This document shows, one piece after another, positions 30,601 through 40,400 of a DNA stretch of 64,000 nucleotides. The notes beneath the pieces were generated by a model. It searched no databases, was not told the origin of the DNA, and saw nothing but the letters and a program-made list of their open reading frames with translations. This DNA is from a virus: the IMG/VR virus record IMGVR_UViG_3300021365_000003; one strand, 5' to 3'. Position 1 is the stretch's first letter, and the number at the start of each line of letters is the position of its first letter. The translations under genes were made by a program, and so were the position numbers.

Positions 30601-33600
30601 CGACAAAGAACGCAATTTACAATTAACTGGTGGAGTACTGGAAGGTCAACAAGAGATAGAGCATCAGATCCTTTATTGAACTCGTTAGGAAACAACGTTC
30701 TTTCTCAGTCAATTTGGGTTCTTGATGGCGTTAGTGATGTTGATAATCAGCCAAAAGATTTATTTGATTATAGTGGCTCCTACGCAGAAATTGACTTATA
30801 CAGCAGGAAAAACTTATTTAGCGCCGGTGAGTTAAACAACAATACCCAACTTAGTTATTTAATTGTTGGCATGCCCACTGGTCAAACTCTAGGCAGCCAG
30901 CCGTTCGTAAACAACCATTGGAAAAAGCTCTATATGGACTCACAAATTAGGCCAGGAGTTCAGTATGCTAGAGATTTCACAAGCTTTACCGGTAGTTTAA
31001 TCTTCTCAGCTAGTGCTGCTCCTGGTAATAATGTTGATTACTTTGTCCCACATCAAACAGTGGGCGGAACACCTTGGTCAGCAGCAGAAGAGGCCGGCAA
31101 AGAGCCTTTCTACTATGAGAACTATGATGCGTATATCCAAGAAGCAAAATCTGCTGGAAAAGAATATTCCGTCATTCCGGAATTTAGAATAAGCGAAACA
31201 ATAGATCAGATCCTAGCCGGCGAAGAAGGGGAGTCAACAATTCTTTCACCAATGCTTTCAATTACTGGCGGCTTCGTGGCGGATGATACTGAAAACAATT
31301 TCTATGCGGATTATACAAACTCAGATTTCTTAAAATATTTTAATATCATAAAAGACAAGCACGATTCGGCTGGTATCGAAAACCAAGGAACCCTAAGACT
31401 TTCTTGCGAAGCGATTAAAAAATTCCTTCCCTACGAAGGCTTCTACCCGGCTCAACGTGTTGTGCAACTAGGCACTCTATTCAGTCAATCATTTAGTGAT
31501 GTTATAACTATTAGCGGCGAGGGCAACCCTTACGATACTGGCGCTTCTAATCTTAACAATGGCGGCAGCTTTAGAACCGCTATGGCGCCATTCTATAGCC
31601 CAGGAATACTTTGCAACAGCATTAAATCAGGAATTTCAGTTGGATATCCTGTCTTTACATCAAGTTTTGACCCGGAATTAAATGTAACCGGCACTTATTT
31701 GTCCAACTCTTCAGGAACCTCCGTATATGATGATGAAGGGCCTAGAATCTCTGGATCGTTTAATTATAGGCTTCCTTTTGAGTCAATAACAGACCCTTTG
31801 GCTTACATCACTACAATGGTTGACTCGGAGCCCGATCCAACTGCTATTATAATCTCTACAGCTAGTTACGATTCTAGTCGTGGTGGATCTCCGCTTTACT
31901 CATTTGCTATTAATAACTTCTTAGCAGAAACAATGAACCTTTTCTTAAAAAACCGGTCTGTTTCTTCCTTGGTTTCAGCTGGTGAGAACGACTTTAGTTT
32001 TGATCCTAGAAAAGAATACAGAATGAAAGTTCGTGTTTTTGAAGAAGACATGGATATATACAGCGGAAGCAAATCATACGGCCCAGCGATGGACGACAGC
32101 CTTTCTCTTAACGGTACCAGGGCCTCGCACCTGCCCTTCCTCCCTCCTTACGACATTGGATCGACCACAGAGGAAGAGGGTATCGAACTTGTGTTTAACC
32201 CAACATCCGATAACCACAGCGTTGACTTTATTTTAGGCAATCTAACAGAGTCATTCACGATTTATGAAGACCTCAGTACTTCACCCGGCGTGTCTCTTGC
32301 TTTGGATGGTCGAACAAAAATTACAGACTCTATACAACTAAACAGAAAAGTTAAAGTTGGAGACTCTTCTCGTGCTGTACCATCAGCACCCGAGTATGCA
32401 ATCTCAATTCAACCAAAATGGGAATCCCCCGTATTGGATTTCAGCCACAGAACAGCATCGATTTCTGTTGCTAGTAACACTCAGGCTACTCACGTTATAA
32501 CAGTTAATGGCGCTCCAGTTACAGCCGGCAAAAAATTAACAATAAGCGATGGTTTTAGCGACGTCGAATATACATTTGTCAGCGGAACACCTGGAGATTA
32601 CGAAATACAAAGAACCTCCGGAACAGGCACACAGGCTCAAAACATATTAGATGCAATTTTAGTTAATAACTCTTCTATAAAATCAAACTTTACTGCAGCC
32701 CGTGTTAGTAATGTGGTTACACTGACAGCTATAGCGCCCGGTAAATTTCCGTCTTTCTCCTCAAGCACAAACTTTAGCGGAATTGATATGGCATCGACCA
32801 ACGGCACTGGGTTTTATAATGGATCCTCAAAAGCTGACAACTACTATGTTGGAATGTGGCATCAGTATGGCCAAATCCCAACTGGATCAGGTAGAATGGA
32901 TCAGGGTATCAAGATGCAGATCACAGAACCAATCCTAACAGACACAACTGGTTCTCTAGCGGAAGCACTCGGCTTTACCAACCAGCCGGTAAAACTAGGT
33001 GAAATTGCCGACTCAAGGACTGTGAAAGAAGCCATCGTTGCTATTCCGTATACAGTTGTTGAAGGAGAAAAAAGATTATTCCCAATAAATCCTGCAGAAT
33101 TACAATCGGCCATCTCCTTTGTTAAACACGGCGGAGAACGACCAACAATAAGAGATGAGTATATCAACTTGGCCAGGAAGGGGCACGAATTTGTCCTACC
33201 ACCTAAGTATGATTTCTTTTACAATTTATTACAACCAGACAATCCCGAAGGAGTGTTACCATTCGCAATGTTTGTTTTTGACTTCAATATGAAACTCAAC
33301 AGACAAGACCTTGCGGACATTTGGCAGAACTTGCCACCAACATCAACAAGCGGCAAAAAAGATCTAACTTCTGGATTTGACAAAGAAGAAAGCATTGTAA
33401 ATGTAGCTTATGGCGAAGCAGGTTCTTGGTTCCCTGAAGGCCTCCCGACCGACACACGCTGGATGGTGTTCAAAGTCAAGCAAAGAGCTGCTTACGACTA
33501 CTACGAACAGGTAAGAAACTCCTCATTGGCGAAAGGCCTCAGAGAGAGAGTTAACGTACAAGGCGCATTCGTCGACCCGACTTATAGTTATAACTGGCCT

Positions 33601-33687
33601 TATGACTTCTTCTCTTTCGTGGAACTAGCCAAAATAAATACTGCTTTAGAGATAACCAACACTACCGACGTTAGTGGATCGTCATGA
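24658..33687 (+). CDS. Giant baseplate/tail protein with LamG-like domain(s) (3009 aa)
   Basis: TVEFWLK, WTHFAF, GSIDEFRYW, YFKFNEG (LamG); KQKGTREAIRNVL baseplate-wedge-like motif. Confidence 0.75.
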   Translation: MTIKKYFENNSFSNNSLTDLENKEGIDFESFEYLDELEKQRTRFIPNVDFSKPENFAFYGLAEQYYKDATSRVINNYPYDGSKKELTEWYNDSTYFDLYVFENEYPRSNGYGIFAANGWGTKVSVSPDNYRLDESLEYISIKGGPNAGPGNTYAGGNIYDPSKQRNSNLALNLDTKGATVEFWLKKSIVDHQIREVVFDLWNNEVSGTSGVANENYGRFRIEINTSSAGSFASHKAFRAIVHSGSNRQEVLLGDYTTTDSFDNQGWTHFAFATSKSTIKLYKNGELDSSAAYGTDFGNVSGTLNAFVGALITNPSGSTATTGSGKLSGSIDEFRYWKTTRTERDIERNWYTNVYGGTNTDDANTDLGVYFKFNEGITGDATTDATVLDYSGRISNGTWIGYTSNSRNIGSAIVSASAAEKEFKDPILRTTNALYTTYYNDSLEKGKRHDLNNSSNIYYSFPDWIIDEDLESGEKLLQLAQAAASYFDTAQLQVQSLRELKDIEYSSQTDALDDKPNPFAERLLTERGMIAPDFFVERTVLEDLSQKTAGDALESDLFDLKNLIYQNIYNNLADLVKQKGTREAIRNVLHTMGVGEELVSAKTYITSEKLVLEDEKSYSNQSIRFIDFSKKNFRDAVVYQTGSTSNELGYISSSSDKNALCVESFVRFPKIDENTDTDLIPNFLVSSLFGFHDIDETSAPYNTWESTSAASAFVRTVKNNFLAEKVYFELSSSVVGVTALTSSNFYNVYNNSDWYFSVQLEPQNILFPSSSVPDYDLVFSGYSYIGNNLNESFVVSSSVSRATALSFLQTNQKAYIGAERTNFTAGTVNSSDVKNAGLRFWLRNLTADEQKSHAQDFLNYGSSTRLNNSYSLTSSVRQGDLAPTDYLALNWQFDKITTTDASGLIEVLDSTSGSAERRSRGTFVNKIAGYHHPATSYEFPVSSTDVVQTLFIDSYSPVEFDGYNSDNLIQIKTTEDEKYGLNSRFVSFVSTVEKSAQAGINEEMLKMFGSVKELASNFAQPSDRYKKEYKNLRFLRERFFKNVANDVDVEDFLHFYKWIDSAVQALVGQFIPAAADYNEDVFNVIESHVLERNKYQTKFPTLETMDRDPIAGAGSTASSMTISQMGGVSERIPTEYTLAPVQSVSPSPEDQSSHTAWWKDKVKRTNPVVSSGDADVDADREQIRLVKQSAAGRSYTTPQTLVTDDLKNEKDTREATYWDASVKEFGEIVDGESEDYLISYADDVAALKDDNDVIDPNKKTKMDFKVENASDPDGSYSLGKGSLLAPYTMWESSVDTGYQADLSNNFKAGIGINNHHDDVYSKFRNAPMQSPVTQQWVGGRKYRHVPLNKGSDAFGTRPEGFYVKTVPIGTVTAVQASGTINLNSNPNNNDTITIPYTSTDSVVFIFKSSASGGSTTQIQIGGGAGSTATTARSKISAHPDLTSLLTVGGSGANITLLFNSGEAERNNTISTTGGGRITVAGFAGGVAAVAGVKNLKITKTSYTIDGTADFDTPRGSLYREELAKRSVNIKNRPFESPGNFKKNYEIVMVNGRTENNLWYRHNSTEVLTEAEVWSLNRGTTSPYLNATLPTRGVVESVIVNRFSAPGGPEIQSRGYLEPTGEELSPYNAYPFRNTSVIYSSGSGNNDFTGSTGPRVNVYTNIHTQNDGLRILLSRRRGKYGVDSVFGAVRELDYNTTGSYHKIYDNPISQSTGINYDNFFVSHQIPRTPASYSWVASALNGSSGSFSYSRNATVPSGSTSQAVPFAELISSIERTTTDNRAFTGLFSGSSTPTSAVLTSSLYASMVDQGTTEITNELTAPNVGIDNFHVYTHAINNSIFGNNSFSQIRGGDTRQARSLRENNTLSFSYLDSRRLAGGVSIPIELVRNISMAPIVEHYPVKQQLLIGATTSSFQYSFGNELEYLPLSDPQLNALTNVREIRRKKKTNFNYISDSYTIGTLAQLKSITYKQNIWPKTERTYLKETRQRTQFTINWWSTGRSTRDRASDPLLNSLGNNVLSQSIWVLDGVSDVDNQPKDLFDYSGSYAEIDLYSRKNLFSAGELNNNTQLSYLIVGMPTGQTLGSQPFVNNHWKKLYMDSQIRPGVQYARDFTSFTGSLIFSASAAPGNNVDYFVPHQTVGGTPWSAAEEAGKEPFYYENYDAYIQEAKSAGKEYSVIPEFRISETIDQILAGEEGESTILSPMLSITGGFVADDTENNFYADYTNSDFLKYFNIIKDKHDSAGIENQGTLRLSCEAIKKFLPYEGFYPAQRVVQLGTLFSQSFSDVITISGEGNPYDTGASNLNNGGSFRTAMAPFYSPGILCNSIKSGISVGYPVFTSSFDPELNVTGTYLSNSSGTSVYDDEGPRISGSFNYRLPFESITDPLAYITTMVDSEPDPTAIIISTASYDSSRGGSPLYSFAINNFLAETMNLFLKNRSVSSLVSAGENDFSFDPRKEYRMKVRVFEEDMDIYSGSKSYGPAMDDSLSLNGTRASHLPFLPPYDIGSTTEEEGIELVFNPTSDNHSVDFILGNLTESFTIYEDLSTSPGVSLALDGRTKITDSIQLNRKVKVGDSSRAVPSAPEYAISIQPKWESPVLDFSHRTASISVASNTQATHVITVNGAPVTAGKKLTISDGFSDVEYTFVSGTPGDYEIQRTSGTGTQAQNILDAILVNNSSIKSNFTAARVSNVVTLTAIAPGKFPSFSSSTNFSGIDMASTNGTGFYNGSSKADNYYVGMWHQYGQIPTGSGRMDQGIKMQITEPILTDTTGSLAEALGFTNQPVKLGEIADSRTVKEAIVAIPYTVVEGEKRLFPINPAELQSAISFVKHGGERPTIRDEYINLARKGHEFVLPPKYDFFYNLLQPDNPEGVLPFAMFVFDFNMKLNRQDLADIWQNLPPTSTSGKKDLTSGFDKEESIVNVAYGEAGSWFPEGLPTDTRWMVFKVKQRAAYDYYEQVRNSSLAKGLRERVNVQGAFVDPTYSYNWPYDFFSFVELAKINTALEITNTTDVSGSS

Positions 33688-33728
33688 AAAGGCTTAAGAT
33701 CCAGATAAAGAATTACAAGGGTAACTAA
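33684..33728 (+). CDS. Micro-ORF MKRLKIQIKNYKGN (14 aa)
   Basis: ATGA overlap with the upstream stop; ends at 33728, next ATG at 33730. Confidence 0.4.
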   Translation: MKRLKIQIKNYKGN

Positions 33729-33729
33729 A

Positions 33730-34764
33730 ATGTCATTATTCGATTCAAAACAAGAAGTAATAAACATAGAACTAACTTCATTTGGAAAAAAGAAATTAGC
33801 AGCAGGAAAGCTCAGGCCTTCCTTTTATGCTTTTTTTGATGATGGCGTTATTTATGATGGTTCTTATGCTGCCTTGACAGAAAACTCAAATGGCGAAGCG
33901 GACGATCGAGTAAGAAAAGAAACACCATACCTAAAAACAACTTATTCTATTGTTGGCGCTGACATCAAACTTAACAATACCCCAGGCGACCAAGAGCTTT
34001 TTGACACCAACCAAGTTCTTTTTGATAACATTCGCTTGTATGAAAATACTAACTTACTCAAATACGGCCTAGGAACGTCAAAAATAGGCGAAGTAACCGG
34101 ATCCCAAATCAGTGTTAGCTTTTTAGATGGCACATTAACAAATGTCCATACTGCTTCTTCCGTATACGTTTTTAAAGGCAGCACGGACGAACGTTTAAAC
34201 AAACCCCAGACAAGGCTAGTTACACAAGACTTGGACCTAACCCCTGAGATAAGAAGTTTACCAGACCCGTCGATGACAATCCCGCCAGAACTGATTGACC
34301 CAGTCAGAATAGAACCAGCTGTTGTTTCTCCAATTCTCCAAGACAACAAATACGTTTTCCTTGAGGTTGACGAGTTGCTCTTGGCGGTCGACGAACTAAA
34401 CTCTGTTGAGGCTTATGACAACTTTGAGATAAGCGTTTACAAGATCGAAACAAAAGAAGACGACAAAGAAGAGTATAAAAAACTAAACTTTAAAGCCAAG
34501 CAAAAACAAGTCAATGAAGAAGGGTTCTTGATGGATGAAGTGGAAATTTCATCACAAGATTCTATTTTAACAGAAGATGATGTTGAGTTTCATCTTGACA
34601 TACAGATAGACGAAGAAATAGACCCGGCACTACTTACTAGTAAGGTGCCAAGAGATTCACTTGGATACCCGATATTAGATGATCCTTTGATTCAGAATAC
34701 GTTTGACATAAGACGAGATGCGGATTTCTCTAGAAGAAGAGACGACGCTGGAGATCCTTGCTAA
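33730..34764 (+). CDS. Hypothetical tail/baseplate protein
   Basis: N-terminal LTSFGKKKLAAG..YAFFDDGVIY resembles the 40754 gene. Confidence 0.7.
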   Translation: MSLFDSKQEVINIELTSFGKKKLAAGKLRPSFYAFFDDGVIYDGSYAALTENSNGEADDRVRKETPYLKTTYSIVGADIKLNNTPGDQELFDTNQVLFDNIRLYENTNLLKYGLGTSKIGEVTGSQISVSFLDGTLTNVHTASSVYVFKGSTDERLNKPQTRLVTQDLDLTPEIRSLPDPSMTIPPELIDPVRIEPAVVSPILQDNKYVFLEVDELLLAVDELNSVEAYDNFEISVYKIETKEDDKEEYKKLNFKAKQKQVNEEGFLMDEVEISSQDSILTEDDVEFHLDIQIDEEIDPALLTSKVPRDSLGYPILDDPLIQNTFDIRRDADFSRRRDDAGDPC

Positions 34765-37481
34765 TGGTTATAACAACAACCGGACTCACCGGCAAAAGAA
34801 TTATTTTTGATAAGTTGTATGTTTCTGAAACGGGAACAAAAATAGATCTAAGCCTTGAAGTGCCAATTAACCAAGTTGTTGCAGGAGTAACGCTTAGCTT
34901 TCGGCTCACGACAGCGTCCCTTGACTCTGATTTAGACTATAACGCATACAAGGAAAATCAAAGCCTTCTCAAAAGAGACACTTTCCTTAAGAACATCCAA
35001 GCAAATTATGTCGACATTGATTTTTCTTTTTCAAGATCTACATTTATAAGAACGTCGTCCGGCCCATCCGGAAACACGAGCATTTATAGGCTTGGGACCT
35101 TTGACGTTCAGCATTCCGTAGAGGACTTTGCAAAAAGAAACATTTTTGCTTTTTGCACCAGTTTAAGCAACCTCACTCTTGATCAACTGGTTGGAAACGA
35201 GCTTCTTTTGAGTTCAACTTTCTTCGCCATTAAAGAAGAAGGCGCTGTGTACATTGCGGAAAATCCTGAAGTTTTAGTGATACAAACTGCTCTGAGCGGC
35301 CCTACAAGCCTATTAAGCCAAGCGCAGGAGGTCAACCCCGCAGACGATGAACTTGAACCGGCAGCGTTTTCTCAGCTGTTTCCAAGCATAAAAGATGATA
35401 GGTTTAACTTTTTATACTTTCTTGATCTAAGAAAAGTCCTAAAAAACAACTCTAATTTGTTTTCTTTATTGTCTGAAAAAGAGCAACAAAAGGCACTAGA
35501 TTCAACAGTCATAAAAAATCAATTATTTATCAAAGAAAGCAATGTTGAAACCAGAGCGCCGGAGGTTTTAAATAACACCATAGAAACTTCACAAATAGCT
35601 GATCGCACAATCTTAAACCTTCCAACCAGCGTTATTGCTTTTACCGGCGCCGACGAGATAAGAGAATACTCAAAGAACCTAAAATACAACTTTAATACAA
35701 ACATTATTTTTCTCAATGGTATTTATCCGGTTGTTGATCAGTTAATAAATAACATAACAGAAATTGAGCGCTTTAGATCCTTTATGGACGACACCTTTAT
35801 AAAGCTAGCATTTTATAATCGTGATGCCCAGACTTTTTATCTCAATGGTATACCGACAATACAAGAAGATCTTCAAAATGAGTTCAATAGCAGTGAAGCT
35901 CAAGATTATCCGGATCGCATAGATTACTTTATGAAGGTTATAGAAGAAATAATCCAAGCAACTGCAAAATTTGATTCGGCCAGCTTGAGCGCCACTATCA
36001 ACGAGACCATAATACAGTTAAGAAAACTAATCTCTTTGGGTGAAAATGCGAATACAAATGAATACTCTTTTGAGTTATTCTTTAGGTTCTTTGATAGTCT
36101 AGTGAAAGAACTTCAGCAAACTTTCCTTGGAGTTGGATTCCAGTTATCGGGCGCCTTTAGCGGTAACGGAAAGAGTGGAAGCTCAACAAACCCTGAGAAA
36201 ACTTTGATAAAAGTTAAGCACTCCTTTGGATACGAGTTTAAACCAGAAGACTATTCTTTAAGGTATTCATACATGAGTGGTGGGCCAACAACTAACTTCC
36301 CGACGATAACCCAAGGCGCTTATGGGCTTTTGATGAACGAGAATGTTCGTAAGTATTTCACAGCAGATACCCCCACTAGGTCTCCTGGGTTAGAGTCAAC
36401 AGAAAGCCGGCTTGGTCTTAAGATTGACCCAACAACGAGTTATCTTACTATCCGCTCAATAAAGAAGAGGAATGAAGTTGTCTTTGATAACACAAGATCA
36501 GTCCTTTCTTCGGAGTTATCAGAAGCCCAGGGTGCAAAGTCTAGCTATCTGGCAGCGTTAAACATCATCAAAAACAAACTGCTAGACATTAACATTGAGC
36601 GCCTCGAAGAAACATCGCCAGAAAGCCCGGCACTCAAGTCTAGCTTATACAATGCGATAAACGAAGTATACAACCTTATCTCCTTTATTCCATTCCCTTC
36701 TATTATCGACAAATCTGATGACTTTAGAAGAGAAACAACTGATTCTATCCTAGAAAGCGCAGTATCAAGTGGCGTTTTACGACCATCAGAAGACGAAAAT
36801 AACGAAATCGTAGAAGCAATCTACAACTTGGATGAAAACTTTGAAGATCTAGACGAACTAAACGCTACTATTGAAAGTAGGCTAAGCGTTCTAACCTTAT
36901 TTTTAGATTATGTTGAAAATCTAATAGAGCACCCGACTAATTACAATGCTGCACTGATAGATGCTGGTTTAAGAAATCCTGTGCAACTTTTAGAATCTAT
37001 AAGATCAATGAAGGGCACCCAAACAAGCGGCCCTGGCGGCACCCTAATTACAGAAATTCAACTGCCCTACCCTTTGTATTCACTATACGAAACACTCCAA
37101 GCAACAGAAGCTGACGGAAGAATCACCTTCTTTTGGGGTGGCGATCGGACAACTTTGCAAAACCCTCTTAATTCTTCATTGATTAGGTTTAATTTTGCAA
37201 ACATTAAAGAAATACAAGTCCTAACAGGCTTTAAAAGCTTGGAGAACGGCCAACCCGATCTTAGAAGTCCTGTTTTCGGTATAAAGCCTACAGATGAGGA
37301 TCTTGAATCAAGTGGTTTATTATTTTGTAAGATGTCTAATTATAACATAGGAAATAAAAACACTATGTGGTACTTAAATAATAGAAATTTATTAAATTTA
37401 AAGTCAGAAACGGAACACTTTTTTATAGACAGTGATGAAGCTGGAACTGTTATCACACCTGATGAACCATCTGCAGGATAA
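34764..37481 (+). CDS. Large hypothetical protein (about 905 aa)
   Basis: Long ORF; TAATG overlap with the upstream stop. Confidence 0.75.
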   Translation: MVITTTGLTGKRIIFDKLYVSETGTKIDLSLEVPINQVVAGVTLSFRLTTASLDSDLDYNAYKENQSLLKRDTFLKNIQANYVDIDFSFSRSTFIRTSSGPSGNTSIYRLGTFDVQHSVEDFAKRNIFAFCTSLSNLTLDQLVGNELLLSSTFFAIKEEGAVYIAENPEVLVIQTALSGPTSLLSQAQEVNPADDELEPAAFSQLFPSIKDDRFNFLYFLDLRKVLKNNSNLFSLLSEKEQQKALDSTVIKNQLFIKESNVETRAPEVLNNTIETSQIADRTILNLPTSVIAFTGADEIREYSKNLKYNFNTNIIFLNGIYPVVDQLINNITEIERFRSFMDDTFIKLAFYNRDAQTFYLNGIPTIQEDLQNEFNSSEAQDYPDRIDYFMKVIEEIIQATAKFDSASLSATINETIIQLRKLISLGENANTNEYSFELFFRFFDSLVKELQQTFLGVGFQLSGAFSGNGKSGSSTNPEKTLIKVKHSFGYEFKPEDYSLRYSYMSGGPTTNFPTITQGAYGLLMNENVRKYFTADTPTRSPGLESTESRLGLKIDPTTSYLTIRSIKKRNEVVFDNTRSVLSSELSEAQGAKSSYLAALNIIKNKLLDINIERLEETSPESPALKSSLYNAINEVYNLISFIPFPSIIDKSDDFRRETTDSILESAVSSGVLRPSEDENNEIVEAIYNLDENFEDLDELNATIESRLSVLTLFLDYVENLIEHPTNYNAALIDAGLRNPVQLLESIRSMKGTQTSGPGGTLITEIQLPYPLYSLYETLQATEADGRITFFWGGDRTTLQNPLNSSLIRFNFANIKEIQVLTGFKSLENGQPDLRSPVFGIKPTDEDLESSGLLFCKMSNYNIGNKNTMWYLNNRNLLNLKSETEHFFIDSDEAGTVITPDEPSAG

Positions 37482-37486
37482 AAATT

Positions 37487-40400
37487 ATGACTATTTCACA
37501 ACAACTTTATAACGCAGCAACTGTTTTTGATTTAAGCCTTAAAAAATCGGGCGGTCTTCCTCGTGGTCCAGTTACCGGAGAGATAGGCTTCGAAGCGTCA
37601 GATGTTTTCCGTTATCTAACCGGCCTAGCTAGGTATAAAACAACGCCGTTCGATGTTGGAGGAGCTAAGATCGGTAACATAGCCAACATACTTGAGGACG
37701 ACTCCCGAGTAACAATTGATGATGTTAATAACAGTATAAAATTTGAAGAAGAATTTCAGGTCGAATACCGCATACCTTTTTGGAAGATTGAGTTTATCGA
37801 CAACCAGGTTGTACGACCGGTCAGCATGCCTTCCTTTGGCCCAGATGAACGATCTTTATTTTATGAATCTTTTCAAGACATTAGATACTATTTTCGAGGG
37901 ATAGATTGGGTCAAGATTTTCCTTAGCCCTGAAGTTTTCAATGAGTTTTTGGATACTGGCGAACTTGGCGGGCCTCTGTATACCTCCGAAGAGGCGGCGC
38001 TGGCGAGTGACGGCCACGGAGGTCGGCGGTCTGGAGGAGCTGTAGAAAGACTGACAATGGAAGCTTGTGAAAGAACAATCCAGATGCTTATGGATCCAAA
38101 AGGTGAAGAGGACCCCACGTCCGGTCCAATAAGATTTATGAGAAGGGCACGCTCTATGACCTACCCTCCCTCCTCTCCTGCGCCGGTGAGCCTTTCGTAT
38201 ACAGACCTAAGCATTAACACCACAATTCAGGCCGAATCAAACATAGCCATAGATGGAAATTATAACTTTTTGTCTAGAGAGTTTGAATTTGGACCACTCG
38301 CACCCGCAAATCGTTTCTATACAGGGTTTGAAGAAAGCTTAATGCCATCAAGTTATCTCTTTAGTGTGATAAAGAATTTTGAGAACCTATTAGACGTCTT
38401 TATGACGAGGCGCCCGGTCACCGGATCCGAGGCCGAGTCCCTCAACCGCTTTCTGCGCAGCCTGCGATTACACATAGCTGCTCTAAAAGACGAGTTGTTT
38501 TTTGGTGAATTTAAATTGGAGCCCTATACTAATGATAGGATGTCCTATAAGACCTCCCCAACGACAGAGCTTTACAACAAGTTCGGTGTTTCAGTCAAGA
38601 ACCTTACAGGTGAACAGTTTGACACTGCTTATGGCGAAGAAGAAGATCAACAAAAAAGAAGGCTAATCTTAATTGATCCCGCAATTTTAAAAGAAAATAA
38701 TTTTCAATCACTTTTCCCGTTTAATAATAGAATAGAAATCACAGATAGAGCAGATCCCTATCGGTATCTAGATATTGCAGGTGTCGACTACCGAGAGGTT
38801 ACTAGAAATTCTTTATTGAGGATCCTAGATGAATACAGCTTAAAAACAGACATAATACTTAATCTAATGGACGGAGTGGTAACTCCGGCCGATGGTATAA
38901 TAACGTCAAATGCCAAGTCTCTCTCTATCACTACCAATTCATCAGAACGCCCGACACCAATAACCTCTACAAGGTCAGTAAGAGAGTTTGATTTTAAAGA
39001 AGTTTTCAATAACTCATCACAACCATTTGTTTTCAATCCGTTTGCACCCTTCCTGGACCCTCGTGACGCCTCAACCTCATACCCCACTCAGGGAACAACA
39101 GTATTTCAGCTAGGCGAAATCAGTCAAAAGTTTACAACCCCTTATTTAAGTGGCGTCAACCTAGGGGGCTATCTTGAAAACGGCTCGGACGGCGCCCGTG
39201 ATAGGCAATTCTTTCTTGATTTTCAGGACACTATTAGAAGCTTATCAGAAGATGCGATCCCAAGCTTAAAAGAAATGTTCTTATCAGAAAGGGGTAATTA
39301 CCATGAAGTTCTTGCCTACCGAGTAATCAAAGAAAACATCTCGACAGGGGCAATACAACAATTTTTTATTAGCAACGGACCAGAAGGGATTACAGAGTTT
39401 TTTGACACACAAGTTAAGCCAAACCAAGAGTATAATTATACTTTATCTGCACTAATGTTTGTCATTCAAAACAGCTATAGATACCAGTTGGCCGAGTCGT
39501 TTGGGTTTGAATACAACGTTCAAGTCGACAGAAGAAGCAAAAGACCCCCCATCAATAACGGCTTAAACGATTTTTTCCTAGGAGCAAAAATAAGAACTAG
39601 GCAACAGCCAAAAATAATAGAAGTTCCTTTGACTTCCGAAAACTCCGTTCTAACAGACGCACCGCCAGTTAGGCCAAATGTCGATTTTTATCCAATGAAA
39701 GGCTTTAATGATCGAGTTAAAATCAGAGTTTCTTCGATGAATTCAACAGAACACGCAATGCCTGTGATAATCGAGGAAGGAGATAGAACTTTATTTCGAA
39801 AAATAATGCAGTCTCAAGGAGTGGCGTTAGGCGGAAAGATAAGATTCCACTCAGACGAAACTCCAGCAGCCTTTGAAGTATTCAGGTTAGATCGAAAACC
39901 AGAAACAATTAAAGACTTTGTTGCAGGAAAAAGGGTTATAAGAAGTGTAACCTCTGAAGACCTAAGCACAGATGGTACTTCCTTTATGGACAGTATAATC
40001 CCTAACACAGATTACTACTATCTTTTTCGGACCTTGGACTTTCACGGAAACATTTCTAACCCAACTGAAGTATTTAAATTTACCATAATTGATAACGATG
40101 GTGCACTCCAACCTTTACTTACTACATTATCTCTTAAAGAAATGTTTGGCTCCCTTAAGAGTGATGGTCTATTTTTAAAAACTAAGAAAGGCGGCTCTTC
40201 GAAAAGTGTAAGAAGGTTTATAAAAATCAGACCTAACACTCAAGAAATTTCTTTTATTCCTGGGCAATTTAATGAAAAAACATCAGCTCAAATTTCATCA
40301 GTAGAACTCGGTAGAGACGGTCTCAAAACTAGAAACAATATTATCGATCAAAGATATATGCTTGAGTTAAAGTCTAAAAAAACAGGCAAGTCAATCTTTG

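Noticed and set aside
24658-33687. Tape measure assignment for the 3009-aa protein
   Set aside because: It is beta-rich with LamG motifs, not a helical Ala/Gly repeat protein
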